Positions 13,576 through 51,400 of a stretch of 64,000 nt of DNA are shown piece by piece (positions within the stretch are counted from its first letter, which is position 1; each line of letters begins with the position of its first letter). This stretch comes from Antedon mediterranea. Its lineage: Eukaryota; Animalia; Echinodermata. The notes beneath the pieces are model-generated. The model was not told the DNA's origin. It searched no databases and saw only the letters and a list, made by a program, of their open reading frames with translations. The translations under genes and the position numbers were made by a program. The stretch spans positions 18,273,432 to 18,337,431 of the forward strand of contig NC_092679.1 of the NCBI RefSeq assembly GCF_964355755.1, read 5' to 3'.

Positions 13576-13794
13576 AGGTCAGGTACAGAAATCCTGAAAA
13601 TGTCAAATTCAAGTCAAGGCCTAACTACCTATATTTATTTTAACACACCGTTGTTCATATTATTAATGCTTATCTCTTTACATTTGTGCCACTGAGAAGA
13701 TGTCAATAAAATGAAAAAAATTATGAAACATAACTATAGATTAACATTATTAGAATGTATGATCAAATAGAATTGTTTTGCCCGCACCTGACCT
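13576..13794. mobile_element. TTAA-flanked MITE (Kolobok-like)
   Basis: TTAA|AGGTCAGGT...ACCTGACCT|TTAA. Confidence 0.65.
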
Positions 13795-13849
13795 TTAATA
13801 CCAAAATGATACTGTAGAGTATTTTTTTAATCAAAAATATCATCTCAGT

Positions 13850-13974
13850 AAATAGAGGGCAGTAGGTTGTTTTGATGTTTGTCGCGATCATGACGTCACT
13901 ATGACTTGTGCACTGGGATAGCAAAAAGGAGGAAGTGCCCTTCGGTAAGATATCCTCCCAATAATGCTAAACAG
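13850..13974 (+). promoter_or_regulatory. probable AKT promoter / first non-coding exon
   Basis: CRE TGACGTCA (13891), ETS GGAAGTG (13931), donor CAG|GTAAAA at 13974/13975. Confidence 0.4.
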
Positions 13975-14499
13975 GTAAAATATACAATATTTTGGGCCTA
14001 TCGTACGATTACATCGACGTCTTAATATCAAAGGGACGTATGTTTTCTAAAAGGCAAGTACAGAATTATCGTTTACATTATTTAGAACAACCAGATAGGC
14101 TAGGCTTGGTTTGGTGTGTGCTGATTGATGATGAGGTGGGGAAGAATGAATGATGAGAGATGGGAAGGCTCGCTTCAGCAGTCTTCTTTGGTTCATGAAC
14201 CATACATGTACACACTACCTAGGCCTACTCCCGGAGAAAGAGAATGCTACATTCTACATTGCCTGCCTATTAATATTATATACCCCACATTTGTTATAAT
14301 AGTAATACACTAGGCCTATATACAGTATATTCAATTGTAATAAATAATGTCAATAATAGATTAGAAGTAGAGCTCTTTTTGTGGAGGTATTGCAGGGCCT
14401 GGCTGGCTTTTCTAGGTTGGGCCTTTTTAGTTAGTATAGTAGCCTAACTTAGGCCAGTACTAAGGCCTAGTATACTATGATTGACTAATAATTAGGGAT

Positions 14500-14770
14500 T
14501 AAATTGTTTGAAGGTCTGCATGGCGAAATCAAATGTTGATATAAGTTTGCGGTACACCACGTAGTTCTGAAAAGAACTGTTGAGTTTCTCGACGTTTTCA
14601 TCAATATGCTTTGATCGTCCTCAACAGTGAGAATGCAGAAAGTCCAGGAAACTTGGAATATTTAAGTGGAATATAAGTAGAAAAGGGTGGGATTGGTGTG
14701 AAAGCCAGATAGCAAGTTCACACAGTCGGAGGGGTTGAGACTAGCTGCAGAATAGCATTGTTTCTGATGA
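14500..14770 (-). mobile_element. Penelope-like 3' end/pLTR fragment with degenerate hammerhead motif
   Basis: Minus strand 14586-14633 reads TTCTCACTGTTGAGGACGATCAAAGCATATTGATGAAAACGTCGAGAA. Boundaries approximate. Confidence 0.55.
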
Positions 14771-15544
14771 ACAATAATAATAATTTATTTGCAGTTTACA
14801 CTTTTACAACAGTGGCACTCGACCAAATGGAAGGTGCGTGCATCCATAAGAAATGTGGAAAAAAAAGATATAATAAACAACAATTACAATAAAAAGTCGA
14901 TGTAGTCAACATGTCAAAACAATTCGACTACAGGAACTACAATACCATTGATAATTATCACTACAGCAGCAGGAAACCCACTGACACCTAAAAATACAAA
15001 ACTACAAGAAATCAACATATACTGTAGGATAAGTTAGGAACTGTACAATATACGGTAAAATGAATTGGGGAACAACAATGTAGACCTAACACTATAATGA
15101 GATAAATATCAATGACATTTGGTTTAGTTGATAATGAACAATAGTGAATGGAAACTAGCTAATAGGTGAGCATTGTTTCTAATAGGTATGAAAAGCAAGG
15201 TAAGACAAGCTAAAAAATACAAACAATAGCATTGTGTCGAAGCTGGGTTTAGACTGGCCAAACTAGACAGGATTGTGTAATATTAATCATAATGTTGTTC
15301 GATTTATAAAGCGATTATACAATCAAAAGATTGTCCCAAAGCGCTGAGAGAAAAAACAGAAAGAAACGAGAGGGTACTCCGAGAGTACAAACCTCCGCCT
15401 ACTGTAAAATTTCCCTACATAAAATGTCCCGGAAAAAATATATATTATATATTAAAAAAAAAATGTTTTTATTAGTTCTAAATATAAATAGGCTAACTGC
15501 ACACTACAAAGTTGTGAATGAGAGTTTGGTGTGGTTTGCTGGTT

Positions 15545-15875
15545 CAAGTCCTGTTGAGTTTTTTTTTCTTTTTTTTTGTGGATCTTGATCTTTAACCCTG
15601 ACCCTTCAAAATTTAAACACAATTATATGATGAGTCATTGATCATTGTGGCTAAGTTTGGTGAGAATCGGATAAAAACTGTGGTCTGTAGTTTTTGTTAG
15701 TTGTGACCTTGACCTATGACCTTTCCCCTTACAATCGAACTCGTCCAAGCTTTTGGGGCACAGATCATTGTGGCCAAATTTGGTGAGAATCGGATGAAAA
15801 CTGTGGTCTCCTGGCTGTTCACAGACACACACAAACATACAGGGGTGAAAGCATAACCTCCTTGGCAGAGGTAAT
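15545..15875. mobile_element. second HINE-like fragment
   Basis: Internal ~120-bp duplication (GATCATTGTGGC..TTTGGTGAGAATCGGAT.AAAACTGTGG), CA-rich run and terminal hairpin ACCTCCTTGGCAGAGGT. Confidence 0.5.
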
Positions 15876-16262
15876 TACAAAGAAAAAAAAAGATGGGTTT
15901 TTAAGAGTGTTTTGAATGATAGAGGATGCATTTTTAATAGGATCAGGAAGATTGTTCCACAGTTTAGGAGCTGCAACTGCAAAAGCTCGATCACCATAGG
16001 TCTTAATGCGGCTGGGTGTAACAAAAAGTGCAGATGGATTTATAGTGGTCGACCTAAGAGATCTTTTGTAAACTGAAGATCTACGTATAATTAAATTGAA
16101 AATATATAATGGGGATTTGTCTTGAAGAGATTTACATGTAATTAACATTTTAGTTTAAAAATAATGTGTTGTTTAATTGGAAGCCAGTGAAGTTTATATA
16201 ATATTGATGTATATTATGAGAAAAATCTTGAAGTGCTGGATACAAGTCGAGCTGCAGTATTT

Positions 16263-17434
16263 AACTAGATTTGAACTCGTCACTACGGACGAGTTAGGTT
16301 ATCCGCAGCGTGCACGTCATACGTTAGAATATTGCGCGCAGAAAAACAATTATGCCATTGAAACAATTTCAGTTTGCTCTCTATTTTGTGTCGCGTCTAA
16401 GTATATACGGTACACTCTATACTGTATACGTACTACATACAGTGCAGAATAGGTGAAAATAAGTGACCAAAGTTATTGACACTTTTGAACATGATGACGT
16501 CATAAAAATTTTAAAAATGGTGAATCATGCGAAAGATAATTGACTGACTTAGACAATATAAAAAAATGGAGGGCAATGGAATACGGATAAGTGGAGATGC
16601 GCTCTATTAAATGTGACGAGCTATGACGAAAGAGACAAAAATCCTATGTTTTATATTCGAGTGGCCATACGATGACGTCACAATGTCCGGTTAGCCATAT
16701 CGATGCATTATTCGATATCTACAACTCATCTACTTCCAGATTATGTAATTTAAAAAAAAAACACCACGTAGTTTAGAATCTACGACTGTTTAAAAAAGGG
16801 CATAATTTTCACAAATATTTGAACTTTTTCATCAAAAACGCGCGCGAATTGTGCAATTCGACGTGCTCGTATGACGTGATTTTAAGTCTAAATTGTTTGA
16901 AAAGTTGATAAAATTACTAGAAAAGGCTGAAAAAAAATAAATCAACCAAAAAATAGATGTTTTTGCGCTACGAACGCACGCGCGCGTAAAAAAATGCGCA
17001 CGCGTGGGAATTTTTGAAATGCTCAAAATGACATGAAACGCGTAGAAGTTGATTTTTCGCATTTTGACATTTTAAACGCACGTGCGCGCGTAACTTTCTG
17101 CGCAAACTGCCATTTTTAATCCATAGAAAGTTTGCGCTTGATATGACTTAAATTTTCACCAAATACAAAATGACTTTTGGTTTTTAATCTATATTCAATC
17201 ATTGAAATTCATAAAATCACGCGTAACTTACGCTGCGCAACTCCGAAATCGCCGAAAAGCTTGGCTGCACATCTACAGCTATAGGTCAATCTTATGACAA
17301 AGTTATGAAATCTTATGTTGACAAGAATTAGAGATACGCTGCGAACAAAATTCGGGGAAAGAATGAAGAATAACGAAAAAAAAAAGAATCCTGACAATAA
17401 CAAGGGGTTATCCGCCAAGTGCGGATAACCAAAA
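16263..17434. mobile_element. Helentron-associated (HINE/DINE-like) non-autonomous element inserted in the LINE
   Basis: Starts AACTAG with hairpin AACTCGTC-actacg-GACGAGTT then GGTTATCCGC. Ends with hairpin GGTTATCCGC-caagt-GCGGATAACC. Splits the LINE reading frame between ELQLL and NTAARL. Confidence 0.6.
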
Positions 17435-17829
17435 AGAAGTTGTAGTTCTTTATTTGGTTGATCAAACAAAATGGTATTGCAGTAGTCTAACCGTGATGTT
17501 ATGAGTGCATGGACAAGTTTAATAAGCGAGGAGTGGGTTAAGGATTTGCGAATTGATCTTATGTTACGAAAGTGGTAGGTAACAGATTTACTAATGTTGT
17601 TGATATGTCTGGACATAGTCATTGCTGAATCAAATACAACTCCGATATTTCTAACCTCCAATGATGGTGTGATTGCCAATGCTGATGTTTCTAGCAATGG
17701 GCAAATTCTTGGAGTGTCTTGAATAAGGAAATAAAACTTCTGTTTTACCAGGGTTAAAACAGAGCATGTTTTCAGTTAGCCAATCCTGAACATCAACAAC
17801 ACAAGCTTCAATATCCGACTTTGCCTCAT

Positions 17830-18290
17830 TAAACTGGAATGTAAACTGGCCAGAAACTGTCGATGAAGATTCTTGTTGAATAAAGATAGCCAAATTTCAC
17901 TGATAACACATCTTGATGAACAGTGTTGTGTTTGTAGATTTCAAAAGCTTCCCTGGTTCGTCTGGAATGCCAAGAAGGAACGGTATCAATTAGTTCAGCA
18001 TCTTTCCAATTAACTCGATGTTGTTGTTTGTAAGAATGCATTTAAAACTGATTTTTCTTGCTCTCCTCTTCTGGCAATGGCATGGCCTTGATGTTCTTTG
18101 AGCCTGGTTTGAAGGTCACATCCAGTTTCCCCAATGTATACCTTTTCACATTTACATGGGATACAGTATACACCAGGTTGGCTGTGTTTAGATGGTTTGT
18201 CCTTTTGTGTTTGGAGACACTGTGACAACTTGTTGACTGCACTGTGAAATACTACTTGATGAGAAACGATGTACGATGACATGGGCACAT
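17830..18290 (-). mobile_element. Penelope-like element, GIY-YIG endonuclease fragment
   Basis: PGVYCIPCKCEKVYIGETGCDLQTRLKEH ... VNWKDAELID..WHSRRTREAFEI, with frameshifts. Confidence 0.85.
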
Positions 18291-20587
18291 GAGGAGGCTT
18301 AATATATACCTTAACTTTTTTTTATAGTCCTTAACACATTTTATCTAGGTTTGGTGTTTTTCACACTCTTCACAAAAGTAAATTAGCTAATAAGTCATGA
18401 ACTCATAAAACAATACAAACGAGAATAGTTTTAAAGCTTTTATATTATAGAGCAAATTATCAGTAAAGTCTATTTTGGCTCAACTTACCGAATAAACAAT
18501 AACCCGTCTCTCTAAAGAGAGATACAATATGCCCTTATCCCATAATGGTATAGTCCTTGAATCTTGTCATGAAAGTTAAAAGAAAGTGCCTGGTCAGTTC
18601 ATACCAAAAGAGAACTTCTGCAATACCATAGTTTAAAGTATTTGTAAACAGGTAATTCTAACTGATACATTAATCCATAAAATTCCCCTTTTTAGTCTAA
18701 ATACAGTACAACATTGTTATACCTTTATATAGTACTAAATAATAGTATTATTTTGGTATACTGGTTATTAACTGTTTTGTGCTACTCAATTGTCAAGCAT
18801 TTAATTGTTAACATTCTTTACCTTTATTAAGCCTTTACAGTTAAATCTATAGAGAAGGTACACATTCCTTGAAAAATAATAAAAACTACAGGCCATACAC
18901 TTTACTTTTATTATATCTTTTATAAGATATTTATTATTTATCAATTCCTTAAATTAAAAAATAGCTGTTCTAAGTAAATTTAATAAAATATTTAGAAAAC
19001 TAACAAAATTAGATACATGAATGATACTTTGTAGTAAAATTAAATTCAATAAAATATCAGTCAAGGCCTCCAACATTTTAAAATTTTGTTTTGTTTAATT
19101 ATGTAATTTAATGTACAGTAACTGTTAGTTGTTTAATTAAGACAAAACCAAATTGTTCAATTTAAAGTATACTGATGTCAGAATAGAATAGGTTTAATAA
19201 TAATGGATGGTATAGTTTGGAAAGATTATGCATGGATATAGCTAGAGTCTAATTAGAGGTACGTGTCAAAAAGGTAGTGGGTAGTTAGAGAAAAAAGTAC
19301 CAGAGGTTTTAATTATGTGGGTGTTGTGTTGAAATCCGGCAGGGTGGGAGACCTTCAGATCCACTTTTAGTTAGGGTGGGTGGAAGACTGTGAAGGTGGT
19401 TGTCTCTCCGCCCACATCTTTCTAACACAATTACTGTACCATTATATCCATGGCATTTCATCAATTACATATTTCTTGCTCCTTTATAAATTAAGCTCTG
19501 TCTACACTATCAAACTTTATGTGACCAAAAAAAGTTCCCATCATATACAGTATGGTCATGATGATATCATATAATCACTACCATATTTGGTAGTGTAGAG
19601 AGCTTTAGACTATCTATAGTGAATGAATGAGTGATTGGTGAAATTTTACATTTTTATTTTACTTTCCCTCCACTGTTTTCCTCCCCAACCCAAAACAAAA
19701 CAAGTTGATCTTCAGCAATTTTACTCAGACAACATTGTACTGTTAATAGTAGATACTGCCCATGTTTAGTCTTAGCTAATCAACCTTAGTTTATTGGCTC
19801 TTCATTCCAGTTCCAGTAACATTTCCCATTTTTTTCATTAATTTTTAATCGAATATTTCTTTTTTTAATTCAGAATTTGTTGAAACACATTTGGTTAAGG
19901 ATTTATTGACTTACAGGTAATTTGATAATTGTTTTTATTTTATTTGTTCAATTTTGAAAAATAACTTGTTAAACTAACTAAAATAAATTTTTCAAAATAT
20001 TTTAATTAATCATTCTAGATGTGTGTGTGTTTTAGGTTGTTTACTGGACAATTTTCAATTACGATTGACAAGTCGTTATGCTGTATGCTGAGATTGAACG
20101 ATGTGTCACTGATTGATGAGATGTAATATGTTGTGAATAATCGACGCATTGCAATAAATTCCCGGCCAATTGAATCCTTCCTTGTTTGTAGAAAATAAAT
20201 CCGGTCGAAATGCGAGTAACGTTTTAGTCCCTGATATTAACCATGACGAACCTGTATTTTTCGTGAGAGAAACTCGCGACACATCCTACACTCGCCAAAT
20301 GACAAACAGGAATTGACTGATTGCTGTACAAGCCGAGTTTACAAGCCTGTATTACTATTAATGAGTTAATATATCTTGTCATGTTTACCACTGTGAGGCC
20401 TCCTTACCTTGGCCTAATGATATTCTATTTTGCTCAGCTCTGACAATATTTTCCCTTTAAGCCTTGTTTTTTTGAAAAATCAGCAAGCTGTATTTTAACT
20501 CTGCTATTTTGATTCACCTGGAGACTGAAAATCAGTTTTTTAAATTTTTTTATTGGATTTGCAGAAGTGTTTCAACGACCGTGAAAA

Positions 20588-44804
<24,217 letters not shown>

Positions 44805-45199
44805 ACACTTTGTCAATATCTAAGATCATCAGTTAGTTGTCACCAAAGACATCTGGTGGTATATGGATCATCTGGTGTAAGAAAACCAGATGTTACAACT
44901 GGTGATGTTTTGATCATCTGGTGATGTTTGGATTATGTTATTGAAGATCATCAGATCAGATTTGCCAGAGGATTGTTAAGAACATCTAATATTTTGTTGA
45001 TCCTCTGGTGTTAAGATCACCAGTTGTATGTCAGATCATCCATTGTTTATATCCAAGTGCAGCCCTGTCAAAGAATATATCTGTTTTTTATTTGTTATTG
45101 CGTGTTGTCAAGAACTTCAGAATATCTTCAAAGATAATGGTAATACTTAAAGCAAATGATATCAAGTTGTGTATCAGTTTAACATTTTACCAGGATGCT

Positions 45200-45945
45200 A
45201 TCAAGAGTTACCTGATGATTTGTGGGTTACGAGAATGTTATCAAGAGTTTACCTAATGATTTGTGGGTTACCAGAATGTTATTAAGAGTTTACCTGATGA
45301 TTTGTGGGTTACCAGAATGTTATTAAGAGTTTACCTGATGATTTGTGGGTTACCAGAATGTTATCAAGAGTTTACCTGATGATTTGTGGGTTACCAGAAT
45401 GTTATCAACAGTTTACCTGATGATTTGTGGGTTACCAGAATGTTATCAACAGTTTACCTGATGATTTGTGGGTTACCAGAATGTTATCAACAGTTTACCT
45501 GATGATTTGTGGGTTACCAGAATGTTATTAACAGTTTACCTGATGATTTGTGGGTTACCAGAATGTTACCAAGAGTTTACCTGATGATTTGTGGGTTACC
45601 AGAATGTTATCAAGAGTTTACAGTACCTGATGATTTATGGGTTACCAGAATGTTATCAAGAGTTTACCTGATGATTTGTGGGTTACCAAAATGTTATCAA
45701 GAGTTTACCTGATGATTTGTGGGTTACCAAAATGTTATCAAGAGTTTACCTAATGATTTGTGGGTAACCAGAATGTTATCAAGAGTTTAACTGATGATTT
45801 GTGAGTTACCAGAATCTTATCAAGAGTTATTGATGATTTGTGGGTTACCATATTGTTATCAAGAGTTTTTGATGATTTGTGGGTTACCATATTGTTATCA
45901 AGAATTACTGATGATTTGTGGATTACCGGAATGTTATCAGGAATG
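45200..45945. repeat. 41-bp minisatellite just downstream of the AKT stop
   Basis: Unit GAGTTTACCTGATGATTTGTGGGTTACCAGAATGTTATCAA, ~18 copies. Confidence 0.92.
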
Positions 45946-48490
45946 AATGATGGTTTCTCACCAAGACATAAGGAAACTACTCTGAATTTTTAAGAGCATC
46001 AGATTTTCTACAGATTTAACAAATGACCAAGATTTTTGTCAACTGCTTTTTGTCTTTTCAAAAGCGTCAGATTTTCTTTGGAGTGACCAAATGACCAAAA
46101 CTTCTGGTGACTGCTTCGGCCTATACATACAGTAACATTTGGTTTCCCTCAGAGTGGCCAACTGGTCCAGACTTGTGCCAACTGCTTTTGTCTTATCAAA
46201 GGCATCAGCTTTCCGTCAGGGTTGCTAAGTCACAAACACTTATTTATGATGCTTACATTTTTGTTCTTCTGAATAGGGTTGCCAATTGGGTTTTGCTGTT
46301 TTTGGACTGAGACCAGAGTTGTAGTTATTTTTTACATTGTCTGGATTTATTTACCAAAATCAATGCCAACTGTTTATCAGAAAACTTAGATGGTTTATAA
46401 GTGTGTTATTTAAGTGAATTTGTCAATGATTTTCTTGATTATTATGTGATTCTTAAGCCTGTCACTTGGACGTTAGTCTAATCTCTACTCTACATCATCC
46501 CTTGAATTATCCTGGCTTACATACCTGAATACTGGACCTAAATAACTTGTACAGATATAAGCATAAAAGCAGTAATATTAAGTCTGTAAATAGACGTGTA
46601 TCGGTTAGTTTTAAAAAGAAATGGTAAAATACAAATTTATTTTTCATTTTGCTAAACCTTTATTGACATTTTTTACTAAATGAAACACTGTACACGTTTG
46701 GTATTTATTTTTTTTATATATTAAATGTTTCGCAACCTAGATCGTAGTATTCTGTTTCGCATGTGGGTAGTAGGTTTGTATGTGTGATTTTTAATTAATT
46801 TTACCTCCTGGGACCAGATGAGTCTTAAAAAGAAAATGTTTTTTTCTTAAATTCAATAGATATATATATCTATATATAGATATATAGCTAACATAACTTT
46901 TAACATTTTGGACAAATTACTTTTCAGTTTTAACAGCTTAGCTAAATTCAAATTTGAACACATTTATCACATTGTAATATTTGCTATTTACTAATTGTTC
47001 GATCAAACAATAAACTGGTGGTTGTTGGACCCTTGTTTTTATTGTTTTATCCTTGTGTGTACAGTAGGCAAAGGGGTAATAATCTAGTGGACTAATTACA
47101 ACTGTACTTATTGCTGTCATTACAAATTCTGTATACAGAATTCAGAGTTTGATTTAAACTCAGGACTGGGTATAACTTTGAGCCTAACGTTATTAGGGAT
47201 AGGCTTTACCCAAAGTGGTCATTCATTTGGATGAACTTTTGTTGAAATTCAGGGATGGGCTAAATATATATTGGTGTACAAAACCAGAAGACTCACTTTT
47301 ACTTTAGTGAAATATGGTAAATTAAGGTAAATTAATTCAAGGCAATTTAATAGTGGGGAAATTTTTTCCTGATTAAAAGTTAAATTGTTTGCTTACAATC
47401 TTAATACATTTCCTATTTAAGTACTTGAAAGTATTGTTGATAAACTTTCAAGGTAAAGAATATTGTTAGTTGTTGAAGTTTACTTTCAACTTTATATTTA
47501 ACTCATTTATTACAATGAGTCTGTCTGCTTATTAAGTGTGTTCAGGGTTGTAAGTCAATGTAGTCCATGTTCACTTGATCACAATGTACGCTATAAACTA
47601 AATGATTGAAAAAATGTTTGCTTGTTTATTTACAATGTGAATGTAATTATGATTATTAGTATGAGCATGCGGGTGCATGCTGTAATTTAAGACTAGCCTA
47701 CTTTGTATCCATATTCCCCCTACCCCATCTCCCCCCCCCCCCCCCAAAAAAAAATTATTGTACAAAATTTTCTGAAGTAAAATTAAACTGTCGACTCGCT
47801 GTTGGCTGTTTCAGTATGTCAATACGTTTTGCCTGTTGTTATTTCTTGTCTTGTTGTTCATATTAGTATTTTCAAGTTTAATTGACAAAATACATAAAAG
47901 ATAGACAGTATTATACATCATTGTAATGATATAATTTTCAAGTTATCTTTCTAACTTTTTAAGTGTAAATAGGTATGTATACTAACAGACCATGCCTATT
48001 GAAATTCAAGAAAATTGGTTTATTTAAGAAAAAAAAATGTATTACCTGTACCTTTCATATGAGATTAAATAGCACACCCTCTGTATCTTTTTAAAAGACA
48101 TATATGCTTTTACGTGGACCAACACATCAGTCGAGTGCCCGAGCTGTAGCTATTACAATCGGCACAGGTTCAAGACACTTTTCGACCATTGTTCTGGTGG
48201 TACTGTAGAACAACTCTTCTCGGATAAGGACTTAAGCTCTCTCCAAATTAATTAGATAACGATAATGAATAATAATAAAAAAATCAACAATTTTAAACCC
48301 TAGCAGGATTTGAACCATGTAAAGCTAATATCTAAAGCAAAAATAAATTATCTTTCAACATGCTCCCTCTGCTGTGGCAATATTCATTTGTGCTTTTTTT
48401 TAAACCCGCCCTCTATCTATTATCGGGGTTTTTTTTTGGTTGGTTACCTGACGCTGGTTTTGGTTAATTTGATGAATATTAAACACAAGA

Positions 48491-51400
48491 ATGGACCCGC
48501 TTTATCTGGCTATGAGTCTTTATAGACGGCGTAAATATGACGACTGTGTTAAAATATGTTCACAGCTGCTTGAAAAAAATCCATATGATCAAGTAAGATA
48601 GTTAATTTTGTCAAAACAAACCATTGTTCGTAGGCCTAAAAATGTTACGTTACCACCACCATCGTTCGCGAGCACAAACAGTCTCTGCGGGCGTTTGTGT
48701 GTGTGAACGTTAGGTTAGTTATGGGGAGGCCTAGACTAGATAGTCCTAGACATCGAGTTGTAGAGGACTACTCCTAATATTATTCATGAAGATACCTGGC
48801 TCTCATGATGGGCGAGTCATTGATTGGCTAACTAGGTTTTAAAACGTCACTTTAATTAATAATTATAAAATAAAGCCAATAAAATCAATAATAAATAATG
48901 CCTCTACTCCAGCCTCGGCTATATAGCTAATAAACTAGCCTAGGTTAGGCCTATAGCTAATAAACTAGGCCTATATATCAACAGTGCATGATGTTATTTA
49001 TTATTTTAGTTTAATTATTATTTACAGGCATCTTGGTCGCTAAAGACAAGAGCATTGACGGCTCAGGTGTATGTAGATGAAGTAGATGTTGATGAGGAAG
49101 GCATTGCAGAGATGATTATGGATGACAACGCCATTGCTCAAGTTGCTCGTATGTTTTCTGTTTTAGTTACATTATGGCTTTTGTCAATAGGATTTCTTTT
49201 GCCACCAGATTGTAATCGTACAAACAGTAGGGGTCATAAGTGTGTGGCAACTTTTATCTACATTAGGTCTGGACCCAATTAGGCCGTCATACACTAGTCC
49301 GGGTTTATTAAATCTATAAAAAATAATTATATGGTAACGTAACACACATCTAACATATTTTGTTATCTAAACACCACAGGCCCTGGAACATCGTTGAAAA
49401 AGCCAGGGACAGGTCAAGGAGGCCCTAGCGCAGGAATTCGACCAATGTCGCAGTCTGGCCGGCCTTTGAGTGGCTTTGTTCGGCCTGGAACACAATCAGG
49501 TAGACCTGGAACAATGGAACAAGCTATTCGGACCCCTAGGACAGCTCATACGGCTAGGCCAGTCACTAGTGCTTCTGGGAGATTTGTTCGACTTGGCACA
49601 GTAAGTTTCTCATTCTTCTAGCTCTTATCCTGTGATTGGTTGACACTTTTTTTTTCTCATTTTGTTTTGTTTTTACAGGCTTCGATGCTTTCTACACCAG
49701 ATGGTCCCTTTATTAATTTGGCAAGGTTGAATTTCTCTAAGTATGCTGCTCGTCCAAATCTAGCAAAGGTAAAAACACTCCATTTACACTCATTATTTAT
49801 TGTTTTTCATGTCCGTCTCGGACATTCTGCGTTAGTTCTTCACGATTGTAAAGCCGAATTCAATAGTTATATGTCCTGTAAGTGTTACATTGTGTTTGTT
49901 TTGTAGGCCTTATTTGAATATATTTTTCACCATGAAAATGATGTACGTAACGCACTGCAGTTGGCAGCCCTGGCTACTGAAGCGTGTCAGTTCAAAGACT
50001 GGTGGTGGAAGGTCCAGTTGGGCAAGTGTTACTACAGGTACTTAGTACGAGCCTTGCTAATATCTGACCTTTGTTGGAGTCCACCCCATTTTACAATGCT
50101 TACCGATTATTCCATACATCCCACATGTAGTGGAGCTGTAGCTTGGATGGTGGTTAACATGCTTGCCTTCCAAATCTTAGGGTCAACCCTGACCTAGTGC
50201 CAGTTCTCTAACTCTTACAAGAGGTTTTTAACTCCACTTCCTAAGCCTCAAATGATACTTTATTAAGCATGATATACAGTAGTTGATCAACCCTGTAAGT
50301 TTGCTGTTAGATGTGTATGAGATAACAATTTAAACAATACATTATTAGACTGGGAACATTTTACAAGACAAGAACTAAAATCTATATGATATTACGATCA
50401 TTTTATTCTGCATTTAGGCTTGGCATGTACCGAGAGGCAGAGCAGCAGTTCAAATCAGCTCTCAAGCAACAAGAGATGGTGGACAGTTACTTGTACTTAT
50501 CTAAGGTGTATGTAAGGCTAGACCAGCCTCTAACAGCCATTGAGATTTGTAAACAGGGCCTAGGGAAGTTTCCTGGAGAGACCACGATGCTTACTTGTAT
50601 AGCTAGAATCTATGAGGTTTGTTTGTTTGTAGTTTGGACTCTTAAATATATGATACAGATGTTTACAGTGCTCCTAACCTGGAAAATAAAATCTCGAAAG
50701 AATTTAAAAAGGTTGGCAAAAGGTACCACGATATTGAATGATTATGGATACTTGACATCAAAACATAGAGGACTCTTAAAAAAAATGTTGGTGTATTATA
50801 TAGTAAATAATAAGTGGCCAGGATGCTTTCCAAGCTTGGCATATGCCGATATGGATAGGCGAAATATGTATGGTTGGTACAATTTTCCACCTTTAGTTAA
50901 CTGAAAGGAGCCTAGTATTAGAGCCTAAAACTTATGTACATACAATCAGAAGAAATTGCACATTTTGTGGGTGGCTGGAGATCACTCAAATATATGGAAA
51001 CGTCCGCTATTATCAAGACATTTAAGAAGTCCATACTACAGATGATGATATAGCTACTGTTTAATTTCTACAGGGATTGATGGACATGATCAATGCTGTC
51101 AAGTATTACAAAGATGTCTTAAAATGTGACAACACTCATATTGAGGCTATAGCGTGCATAGCTAACCACCACTTCTACTCAGACCAGCCTGAGATAGCAC
51201 TTAGGTTCTACAGGTATGTTGGGTGAAATATTATTACGTTGTGAATAATTGTCAGAGATTATAGATATTAGTAAACTCATCTGTCCATAACATCAAGAGG
51301 GGCTAAGATAAGATTGTGTTCCGGAGTAACCCTTTACTCTGAAAGATGCAAAGAGTTTTTTAGAGTGCACTTGAGCCATAAGTGCGTTTCTGCAGCCCTT

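Larger units (their letters stand above)
15290..17830 (-). mobile_element. L2/CR1-clade LINE, 3' part, interrupted by insertions
   Basis: RT C-terminal motifs: DWLTENMLCFNPGKTE, VRNIGVVFDS, VHALITSRLDYCN, NTAARL, LHWLPI, GDRAFAVAAPKLWNNLP. 3' tail CAGCGCTTTGGGA..CGCTTTATAAAT near 15300-15346. Confidence 0.85.

Noticed and set aside
19381-19433. TGGAAGACTGTGAAGGTGGTTGT resembles miR-7 and sits in a weak hairpin
   Set aside because: Several mismatches after the seed and a short, bulged stem. miR-7 is normally near-invariant.
20036-20587. N-terminally extended AKT isoform
   Set aside because: An in-frame TGA lies two codons upstream of the ATG at 20588.
45200-45945. Repeated CTGATGA suggesting a hammerhead or C/D snoRNA array, or a CRISPR-like array
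   Set aside because: No stem II + GAAA, no unique spacers or guide segments, and a eukaryotic context. It is a simple minisatellite.
48443-48460. RFX X-box expected at a ciliary gene promoter (GTTACC..)
   Set aside because: Only one half-site matches, which is insufficient.
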